A stretch of 64,000 bases of DNA from Takakia lepidozioides (lineage: Eukaryota > Plantae > Bryophyta), in contig CM060731.1 of assembly GCA_030704615.1 (NCBI GenBank), positions 71,486,001 to 71,550,000 of the forward strand, in the 5' to 3' direction. Made by a program: the position numbers and the translations under genes. Every line of letters starts with the position of its first letter. The stretch's first letter is position 1. Shown here one piece after another: positions 48,601 to 58,316 of this stretch. The notes under the pieces are model-generated. The model ran no database searches. It was not told where the DNA came from and saw only the letters and a program-made list of their open reading frames with translations.

Positions 48601-51600
48601 TTGCAGAAAAAGCTGCAAGTCGACATAGAGCAAGCAGGAGCACAGATTATTGACCGTGTGGCGGAACTGGATCAAGCCTCCACAAGGCTTGAGCGCCAGC
48701 GACATAAGGTTGAGACTTCCAAAAGCAAATTGGAAGTGTTGGCTGATAAGCTGGTCACACACCAGGAAGTCCTGAAACGGCGCGAGGGTGACTTGGCAGT
48801 GCAGGTAAAATTTGAAGTGTCTTAGTGACTTGGCACACTCATGTGATATATACATCTTCTCTATGCCCTTTGAGCATGCATGGTCCTCTTCGATGAAGTT
48901 TGTCAGGAGTGATGGTTTGCTGGTGGGGAGAGCAGGAAACAAAACTGGTGGCGTTGCAAAGTGGGGTGAAGCGGATGGCTGCAGAAGCTACAACAAAAGA
49001 GAAAAATCTGAGATTCCGTGAGCAGGCAGTCATTGACAGTGAGAATGACTTACATGTAGTCCCTAACCATGTCTCTGAGCTCACCCACTCTTTTCATCAT
49101 GAGTAATCTTCTCTGATATGGGGTGGCTTGCATTTGGATTGAATCTTCCACAGTGAAGAGCTTTCGTAATTGCACATAGCCACATCGTTGCAGAACACAC
49201 TAGATGAGATATTCTTAAAGGATGTAAGAGGCTGTTGGATGTAATGCTTGTAGCACACACGGTGGAGCTTACTAGATGTACTCATAAGACTGTGTTTGCC
49301 ATAGCCTTGTGGCCATAGACCCCGCGCCCGGTTTGGGCGCAGCAAAAGGGACCAGAAACTACCTTTGTGAGGGGCTCACTCCGGTAGTATGACTTACCTT
49401 GATACAAACAATTAGTTGGGGCTTTCCAGATAGGAAGCCCTTCACACAAGCATCAATCTGCTGTGTGTGAGCAGCCCAAAAGTGAGACCATCCTTAAGGT
49501 CCTTGCCCATGTCACAGACTGGAAACAAGTTCAGGGAAGTTTTATTCCTAACTTCATTCTCATTGGACAGTCTTTGGGCATCAGACATGGCTTTGGACAC
49601 AACCCCCTCCAGGTCAGCTTCATTGAGTAGGTTCAATTCATCAGGAGTAATATTCAGATACTTAAAAATCTCATCTACCTTTTTCCGCCAAGACTCGGCC
49701 TGTTTAACAGGATGGTATTGCTTCCAAGAAATAGATTTGATTATCTTAGGGTATCTGGTTCAGGCATGTGATTGAACTGACCCCACCTGACCTTGATTTC
49801 ATCACGTCGAGAGCTTAAGGGAGGTATGCCAAACTCACCCCAAACAGCCACATTAGCTGTTCTAGAACAAGCCGACATCTTTCTTTGAGCACCGCGGCCT
49901 GAATGGATTCTAGGGATTTTTAGCATGGTTGGACTTGTCGATCCACACAGCAGATGCGTACTCCAAGGCTGGCCTTATAATGGTCCTTTTAACTTCAGTG
50001 TTAATCCCTCTGCAGTGGAAAAATTTAGTGAGACCCAAAGCTTTGCGTTTAGCTGATCGAATCTCTTCTTGTACATGCGCATCCCAGTTACAGTTGGAGG
50101 AAAACTCAACACCAAGATAAGTGTAGGAAGGGAGTACAGGAATCTCTTTGTCGCCCCATTTCCATTTGAGATCCCCTCCTCCCTCCCCATGGTCGTTGAA
50201 TGCCACCACTGCTCATTTACCAAAGCTTAATAGATTGTACTCATAAGACGTTGTTTGCCGTAGCCTTGTGGCTTAATAGAAATTAAGTTTGAGCTCATTC
50301 TCAGCATTTCACTGAAGATTTTGATTAAAGGGTAGCAATATGGGCTCTACCACTTCGTGTATATATTGAAAGTTTAGTCTTGAGGCTGAGCCTAACAACC
50401 TGCCCAAACTGTGCGCAGGGTCTGTGGCTACAAGGCTACAGCAAACAACCTCTCATGAGTACATATAAATTGAAGGTTCAGTCAAACTGGGGTTTTTCTG
50501 ACACACCAATCTTCACCTATTTTGGCAGAATATGACCCGTGTTCCCCATAAGTAGGAGGATTGTTCCTGTTCTGTGGCAGTGCAATGAACATCTTTATCA
50601 CTCGTTTCAATGCCTGCTCTGTCCTCTGGGATATGTCAGAAAGTTTCTTGGCTTAGTGTGTTAGGCTGAAGGGCATGCCCAAGGCTTTAGCCCTCATTGC
50701 GGCTGAATGGTCTATACGTGATGCCTCCAGAAGACCATATGTGCAGAATTGTGGACTTAGAACCATCCTCCCTCCCCCCGGTACGGATCCTCTGGGGATA
50801 CCCCTGCCACCCACCAGAGGTGCTCAGCTTTGAGGACCTGACGTGCTGGGCACCTACATGCATGAGGCAATAGGTCTTTGGCCGTCGTTTCATGTAAAGC
50901 ACCATTTCATTTCATGTTTCCTGAAGTGGGCTCTTGTCCTTTACTTTGTCCTGTGGGCCCTTGGGCTCCCCGTGTAGGTTGTAAAGTTATTTTTTTATTA
51001 AGTCCCCACGGACGTTATAAAGTACCATTTCATTTCCTTTCTTGTCCTTCGGTCGACACATCCATTATGTCTACCAGTCAGGAAGGCGATTTCTAGAACA
51101 TGTTAGCATTTCTGCTGCAGAAAGGAAATAAACTGATATTATGGAATCAAGCAGGAGCTTGAGGCAAGGTTGGCAAACGAGAGAAAGGACCTGGAGAAAA
51201 TGATTGCAGAAGTGGAACAACATGCTGCCACTCTGAAAGAGGAAACAGCATCGGCTGAAGAAAGTACGCGGAACCGTACGCGTGAGGAACTCTTAATTGA
51301 AGAGAAACGTGAAAATCTGCAGGCCAAGGAGAGGGAGCTGGCAGGTTTTGAGATGGCTCTCAAGAAGAAAGCGAAGAGCTTGGAGGAACATGGCCAGACT
51401 ATTTCCAAGCTGGAAATGCAAGTGAAGGAACGCTTGCAAAGAGCTGCAGATTTGGAGGAGAAGTCTTCAGAGCTTGAAAAAGGTGGGGTGTGCTGTGCTT
51501 GTTGGGTCTGTAAACTGGGTTCCTGTTTCAAAAAAGAGGAAGGTTTGTACAATCTTACAGATGTATCATCTGAAGTCTTTGATTTCATGGTTTGTAGGAG

Positions 51601-54600
51601 CTCTTACCATTTGGTCTCAAACTCAAGCCAGTGTCTTGGACAGTGTTCTGATCTCTGACAGTCCAAACTCAATCACTTACTGACAGACATTCCTATATTT
51701 CCCTCTCCCTCTCCCTCCCCCTCCTTCTGAAACCTCCACCTATGTAGGTGAATTTGGTTTCAGCAATGTGGTGCTCTCCTTGGTCAGGGTTGGACAAATT
51801 AAAAGAGGAGCAATCTGCGATTGCCTATCAGAGGGAATCATTGACTATGGCCAAGTCTGAAGTCCAAAGGGCAGCAGCAAGCCAGAGAACTGAATGCCTA
51901 CAATGGAAGGCAGATCAAGAGCGGCATGGAAAGGAGGATATTGAAAGAAAGGTTAACACTCATGCCTCATGCATTACCTAATTAAAGCACAACTAGAATT
52001 AAACAGCATAGTATCACTCTCCTTCATCTTGAAACCTGTTTCTGCACACCTGCGGTTGACCATCGCTGCAAGGTGCCTAGTACTTCGCTCATTCTAGCAT
52101 CACTGGATATGAAATTGCTTAATGAGTGGCAGGTGTGCAGTGTAAAGTGTTGTGCTCTTTGCTTCATCTTGCCTTGGCTAGTGAATGATTCATAGTGACA
52201 ATCGGACTTCTATCGGTCACACTCAATACATTTTCGCTGAGAATCTTTATGTGCTAATGTTGTGAAATACAAAGGCATGGCTGAGGGAGGAGATGGAAAA
52301 GCATCGCACAGAGATGATGGCAGTGCTGCTTGCAAGGGAAGCAGCCATCGATGCTCGTGAGGCCAAAGCAGGTGAAAGGGAGGCAGCTTTGCTGAAGCTC
52401 GAGCGACAAGCCAAAGAGCAGATTGAGAGAGATGCGCAGGAGCTCAGGCAGCAGTTGACTGGTGCACGTGCTGAGCTGGAAGACCAGCGCCACTATGTTG
52501 ACGAGAAACGGAAAGCGGCAGAAGCAATTGCAGCAACAATAGAGGAGAGGGAAACCAAATTGAAGCTCAAGGAGAAAGAGGTGGACAAAAGAGAGAATTT
52601 GCTGATGGAACGAGAGAGAAAGAGTAGTTCAATCTCTGATGGGACGGAGAATCGAGATCCCCTCATATGTTCAAAAGAGATACATGTGCAAGGCAATGGA
52701 GTGGGGGCTGGTGCAGACTACTGCCGCCTGCAGGAGCTGATGAGCTGGCGGCTTTCAGGCACAGAAATTGCAGTGAGAATTTTCTCTTTTTCATTGCTTG
52801 TTCTGTGATGAGAAGAGGGAGTTATGACACACTGACACCTGTTGATGAATGTTGTGTTGATGTGTCACAAACTGGAAATCAATGTACTCTGAGCTAGTGC
52901 TGACTAGGCCATATGCAGGAGTTGCTGAGTTAGTATACTTCTGATAAAGAACTAAAGAAACAAAGACAAGAAGGCAGGAAGACTACGTCTCCTCTTGCTT
53001 GCTTGTGTCGGGACTAGAAAAGGAAGATGAGGTGTGCTGATACTTATTGATACAAAAGACATGGCTTGGCATGCATTCAAACTGCACCAACCCAGTGATG
53101 TATTTCTCTTCTCTTATGTTCCTTCTGTTGCTGACTCCTGGGCCCTACCCCTGTTCTCTCTTCCCACACGTTATGAAGTACCATTTCATTTCATTTCATT
53201 TCATTTCTCTACCCACATTTTTATATATCAGTATGTGTTTCAAGTAAACACTTCACAGTGACAAGGTGTGGACTGTTGCAGGCTGAGATGGTGCACGAAA
53301 CAGACAAAGAACAGGGTGGAGACCCCTTGGAAAATGGGTCAAGAGAGATGCAAGCATGGTTATTCTCACAAAAGCAAGAGGAGGAAGGAATGGGAGGACG
53401 GCTAAAGCAGATAGATGAAACTTTCCAGAAGGAGTCTGCGAAAATTTTGCAGGAGAGAGCCAATTTGAAACTTCAACAGCAGGATCTGGTAGGGGAGACC
53501 ACAGCTAATGACTTTCTTCCCTTCCATTCTCTACCCTAAAACTTTGAAACCAACTCAACTGCAAGAGGACATGTTTTGACCGACAAAGGCATATTCAACA
53601 TATGAATAAGTGGCAGCATGGTGATCAGTTCATAAACACTGGTGTTTGACAAATGTGAGTGCGCACAAAGTGTCAGCTAACAGAGGTCTCATTGTTTGGA
53701 CTTTCTGGCTATGGACCTTGCCGTTCGTCCACAGCAACCAACCGTCTAACAGCCCTTATGGGATTGGGTAAAGCTATTCCAGTTATGTGTTGTCTCTCAT
53801 CTGTTGCGTTGTGTTGTACAGGAGGAGACTAGGAAAGCAGTGCAAGAAGTGAAGGTGACACTAACAGCACAGCTCAAGGCCACCAAGCAAATGGTGGCAG
53901 ATGCTTCTCTGACTGCCCAAAATGCATCCAGGTATTTCAGTTCCTCCACTTCCATTGAACTTATCTCAATGTGTGGAAGTTCCATGGTAGAGTCATTGTG
54001 TCACCTGGAAGAAGCTAAGCATAGCTCTAGTGATTAGTATGAGCAAGAAGGAAGAGAAATGAAATGAAATGAAATGAAATGAAATGAAATGAAATGGTGC
54101 TTTATAACGTCCGCGGAAAGCTCATAGAGCTCATGGGACAAAACGGAAGGAAGAACATGAGAGAAAATAGGAAAACCAGAGTCAGAGAAAAGAACTATTG
54201 TTCGAGTGATTGTCTAAGGGTGAATGCCTCGTGCAGGTAGGCTGCCAAACATTTCTGATCCTCATAGTGGAAGACTTCAGTGAGAGATTGGGTTCCACGG
54301 AATAGACAATGGAATCTCCCACGGATCTCATAGTATAGGGGGCAATAGAAGAAGAAGTGTTCTTTGTTGGAGGTGTCAAGGCTATAGCCCTTGCACGGCA
54401 CTCTGAGAACAGAACGGGACGGGTAGCTCAGTGGTAGAGCACCCCACCGGAATGGGGGAGGTCCTAGGTTCAATCCCTAGCCCGACCACACGCCAGTGGT
54501 TTTCCAACATGGTATCAGAGCCAAGGTTGGGGCGGTGGTCAGAATGGGTAGGCATCAGCTATAAGGGCTATGCCTTGAGGGGGAGTGTTGGAGGTGTCAA

Positions 54601-57600
54601 GGCTATAGCCCTTGCATGGCACTCTGAGAACAGAAAGGGACGGGTAGCTCAGTGGTAGAGCACCCCACTGGGGGAAGTCCTAGGTTCAATCCCTAGCCCG
54701 ACCACACGCCAGTGGTTTTCCAACATGGTATCAGAGCCAAGGTTGGGGCGGTGGTCAGAATGGGTTGGCATTAGCATAAGGGCTATGCCTTGAGGGGGAG
54801 TGTTGGAGGTGTCAAGGCTATAGCCCTTGCACGGCACTCTGAGAACAGAACGGGACGGGTAGCTCAGTGGTAGAGCACCCCACCGGAATGGGGGAGGTCC
54901 TAGGTTCAATCCCTAGCCCGACCACACGCCAGTGGGGTGCTCTACCACTGAGCTACCCGTCCCGTTCTGTTCTCAGAGTGCCGTGCAAGGGCTATAGCCT
55001 TGACACCTCCAACACTCCCCCTCAAGGCATAGCCCTTATGCTAATGTTCACCCATTCTGACCACCGCCCCAACCTTGGCTCTGATACCATGTTGGAAAAC
55101 CACTGGCGTGTGGTCGGGCTAGGGATTGAACCTAGGACCTCCCCCATTCCGGTGGGGTGCTCTACCACTGAGCTACCCGTCCCTTTCTGTTCTCAGAGTG
55201 CCATGCAAGGGCTATAGCCTTGACACCTCCAACATTCTTCAGTTTCAATTTCCTGGTTGCGCCCTGTGCAAGCAGGACATAGGCGGTCCTCCCGCTGCAG
55301 GTTTTCCCATCTGCCAGTCTCTATCCGTAGGTTGTGGGAGCCCACCCTGAACCGCCCCAAAGCCCTCAGGAGAGAAGGAGATAAAGAGGCCGGAAGGTAA
55401 TTGGGCCGCAAGATTCTATCACAAGAATGTTTCTCGATAGAAATGGAGCTTTGTAGTGAGGTTGGGTAACTTCCAAGTTCTCCTGACATGTAACTCCATG
55501 AGCTCCTTTCTAATGAGTTGGTTGCGGTCATGCCTGGATGTGATTTCCACCTCTTCTGGGTTCACTGGCAAAAGTGAAGCTGTAGAGAGTCCATGGCGTT
55601 CAAAAAAGGTATCCACACGAGCATACCAGGATTGTTTGAAGCCTGCATTTTTGAGTCTCATAGATGTTGTGAGGGCCCTGGCCACAAGCCCCTTGGGGGT
55701 GTAACCTATGCAGGAAAACTGTAAGCCGGAAGAGGGCCTCAGTTTGGAGTGGCACACAGGCGAAGTCTGCATTCAATATGTGCGATGGAGTTGTGCCTCT
55801 GGTGCCAAGCATTGCTTGGAGGAAAGATGACTGCAATGGTTCCAGATTGTTTTCCCACCAGGAAACTGGGACTGCAGGTGCCCAGAATTCACAACCAAAA
55901 GTGGCATTTGGGGTGACCACGCTATCAAACAGCCACTTCTTGGTCGGTGGGTGGCGCAGGTGTATCTGCTTGCAGTTGGCCTGAAGGCGGATGGAGGCTG
56001 CCTTGCCTTTTGTCAATCTGTCCAGGGCAGTGGTTGCAAAGTGGAATTTGGGGGAGTGGATAACCAGCCCCAGATACTGGTAGGAATTGACTATCTCCAC
56101 CTCCCGATTGTTGAGGAAGAATCTGCAGTCGGCCTGCCCATTGAAAACCATGATCTTGGTTTTTGTAAGGTTGACTTGCAACCCATAGTCATTGGAGAAC
56201 TGTTCCAAGATGTCGAGATGGCGTTGTAGGAAGATAGGAGAATGTGCCAAAAGGGCAACATCATCCGCGTAGAGGAGATCTGATTGTGTTGGTCCTCCAT
56301 CCAATGGCACACCAACTCCATGGTTTTTTGAGATGTAGACTTCCAAGGCGTCAATGTAGATTCCGAATAGGGTAGGCGAGAGGGGGCAGCCCTGTTTGAC
56401 CCCAATGTTGCTATGGACCTCAGCTGAGAATTCCCCTGCGACATTGACCATGCCAGTGACGATCTCATACATGGAGGAAATAGCATAGAGAATGTGTTGA
56501 GGGACTCCCACCTTCTGGAGCCTTTGGAAAAGAAGGTCGCGAGGAACCGAATCAAAATTTAAAGAAAGAAAAAGAAAATTTATTACTGGCAAGTTCAAAG
56601 TGAACCAGCCTTGCCAGATCTATTTACACATTAATAAGTATAAAAGAGGGATAAACACTGTTGTGTTGTATATGCAGGGAAAGGGAAGCACTGGAGGAAG
56701 AGCGGAAACGGTTGTCAAAGGCTCAGAAAGATGCAGAGACTGCTTTTACTGTGAAAGAATCAAAACTGGCCATTGAGGCAAAGCAGCTGGAAAACATGAA
56801 GTGTATGCTGGAGCATGAGAAGGCCCAAGCCATGGAGATAATACAGCAGGCTGCCAAACGGGCAGTGGATGCAGAGCGTGCAAGGGCTATGGGGAGCACC
56901 ACACAATGGGATTCATCCATGATGCACAAGGAAATCCAATGTGATGCAGATTTGAAGGAGAGGGAGAGGGAGCTAAGTTCAGCTGCTGGGGCCATTCGCA
57001 GAGAGAAGATGAGCCTTGAGGATGAGAGAGCACGGGTGAAGATGCTGCATGCTGCACTGGAGAGAGAGCAGACGGAACAATGCCATGTTAACATGAAGCA
57101 GGCTGCGAAGGCAGAAGCCCAAATCAAGGATGCTGAAAACAGACTGGCATGGGAGGAAATCCATAAGAGAAGAGAGGAGACGAGACTGATTGGGGAAGCT
57201 CATGGCTGGCATCCTAACTCAGAGATACCTCTGAAAGAGAAAAGAACCATACTGGACCAGGAATTTGCTTTTCCGACATTGAATGGTGTTGGCAATCTTG
57301 GGGGTGTCCTAGGTGAGAGTTCCAGCAGACCTACATATGACTATCAGCCAAGTGAGATACTGGGCCCCAATCACAACACCAACAATAACATCTGGGATGA
57401 CTCGTTTGGCTCCATGATGCTGCTCTCATCACCAAGTTCAAGCATGACAGCAGCAGCCCAGATCTCACCAGAGAAAATGATGGCGGATTTTAGTGGTGTT
57501 CATATGCACGAGGGAAGTGGGGTGCCTAGCAGAAAGCGACTGGAAAACGTAATGACGAGCCTCATGCATGCAAGGCAAGCCAGCCGCAGTCGGCTGCAGC

Positions 57601-58316
57601 GCACTGAGAATGCTCTCTTGGCATTTCCACCCTCCGCTGGATTCACTGCACAGGTACAGCAAGCTCTCAATGCGTTGTCTGCACGATTGAGCCTGATGGA
57701 GCAGATTGAAGAAGGGCTGGCAAGCCACCTGCGAAAGGCGTATGAGACAGAGACCCCAGAATCTGAGGGAGTGATTGTTGACAAGGTGCAGCTGCTGTGT
57801 CGCATGGAAGAGCAGCAGAGCTTACGTGCTGAGTGGGAAGAAGACATGCAACGACAGTTAGAAACCATCAGCATGCTTCAGGCGGCCTCCCGAAACTCAT
57901 CCAATTTCAACACCCCAGTGAAAATGACCAATTCAAGCCCACCAAACATGAATGACTGGCAAAACCATGGTAGCAGTGGGAGCAATGGTTTGCAGGGTGG
58001 CAAGTCACATGCAGGTTATGACATGGGGGGACGGATTGGCAATAATGGAGTTGGCCCTCCTGTACCACAAAATCACAGTGCAGGAGGGTCCAAGCCTTCT
58101 CGACAATTCTCGTCGCCAGAGTGGAACACAACATTTGAACCATTGCTAGGAGTGGATTCTAAAGGGCTGTCTTACTCTCCACTTGTGGACTTCAACTACT
58201 TAAATAGCCCAGCCGAACAACATCAGCCAGAGTTTGGGGGAAGGGAAGGGGAGGGTCATGAAAGGAGTGCGCGACGCAAGCTTCACTTGTCCCCCCCGCA
58301 TGTTGCCTACAGTTAG
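27617..58316 (+). CDS. Large coiled-coil protein of unknown function, ~17 exons, ~2,190 aa
   Basis: Phase-consistent exon chain: 27617-27724, 28287-29257, 33075-33153, 33464-33625, 34140-34328, 34617-35207, 41901-42698, 42978-43226, 43572-43775, 48607-48804, 48936-49025 (GC donor, uncertain), 51155-51482, 51788-51951, 52275-52772 (3' edge uncertain), 53282-53488, 53822-53931, 56678-58316. Ser-rich N-terminus, E/K/R/Q-rich heptad body. Confidence 0.8.
27815..28060 (+). mobile_element. LINE family A degraded 3' fragment (sense to host)
   Basis: LKGLHTLRTRLKF...NKRQFRRGKGDC...IHFLIPCPGYSHQR is homologous to the C-terminus at 39038-39673. Confidence 0.7.
30184..31130 (-). mobile_element. LINE family A 5'-truncated copy
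   Basis: Homologous to ~39032-39950; shares the 3' end ...TCTTATGAGTACATTCT. Confidence 0.85.
31432..31995 (-). mobile_element. LINE family B degraded 3' portion
   Basis: VFHYEEQKCSAAYLHEAFTL plus the GAGCTTTCCACGGACGTTATAAAGTACC terminus. Confidence 0.75.
32320..32785 (-). mobile_element. LINE family A 3' fragment with 9-bp TSD
   Basis: TSD CAAAAAAGA at 32311-32319 and 32786-32794; near-identical to 39032-39495. Confidence 0.9.
35413..36570 (+). mobile_element. LINE family B RT fragment (RTE/RTEX-like)
   Basis: DSVPRDLLF, KQGCPLSPTLFG, LLYADDAAL, YQYLGL; frameshifted. Confidence 0.9.
38085..39010 (+). mobile_element. LINE family B 3' fragment interrupted by a LINE A fragment (38458-38813, minus)
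   Basis: RFRVGSHSLRIE|TGRWENLQ is split by the insertion; 14-bp TSD AGTCTGCGGATAGA at 38444-38457 and 38814-38827. Confidence 0.88.
39032..41588 (-). mobile_element. LINE family A 5'-truncated copy containing RT and C-terminal CCHC
   Basis: GNYRGITLL, FLDVKKAYDTV, QGCTLSPLLF, MFADD, CPLC...H...C; two frameshifts. 14-bp TSD CAAGCTCTGAAAGA at 39018-39031 and 41589-41602. Confidence 0.95.
45235..45598 (+). mobile_element. TRIM (364 bp) with tRNA-derived LTRs
   Basis: 144-bp LTRs TGTTGGA...TCCAACA (45235-45378, 45455-45598; 1 mismatch); PBS TGGTATCAGAGCC; PPT GAGGGGGAG; 5-bp TSD CTTGG. Confidence 0.95.
45286..45357 (+). ncRNA. tRNA-like cassette inside TRIM LTR (second copy 45506-45577)
   Basis: A box TAGCTCAGTGG, B box GGTTCAATCC, D stem GCTC/GAGC, T stem CTAGG/CCTAG. 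Acceptor stem is imperfect and the anticodon loop non-canonical. Confidence 0.8.
46585..46995 (-). repeat. Three 141-bp (47-aa) coding tandem repeats in LINE A N-terminus
   Basis: PKC.EPER...EGF.TLNGLPILKVYTRR..S.HGV.VP; ACTTAGGG recurs at 46697, 46838, 46979. Confidence 0.95.
49277..50220 (-). mobile_element. Older diverged LINE family A copy
   Basis: EIPVLPSYTYLGVEFSSNCNWDAH, NEVRNKTSLNLFPVCDMG; same 3' terminus. Confidence 0.85.
54056..56557 (-). mobile_element. LINE family B 5'-truncated copy with (ATTTC)8 tail
   Basis: RT (GVKQGCPLSPTLFG, LYADD), HNLRIETGRW...CPAC...HFFFYCP, perfect GAAAT array 54056-54095; interrupted by the TRIM composite. Confidence 0.93.
54365..55234. mobile_element. 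Tandem plus inverted composite of the tRNA-LTR TRIM
   Basis: LTRs 54365-54509, 54586-54725, 54801-~54935; then inverted partial LTR to 55014, internal region to 55089 and LTR 55090-55234. TSD TTCTT at 54360-54364 and 55235-55239. Confidence 0.93.
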
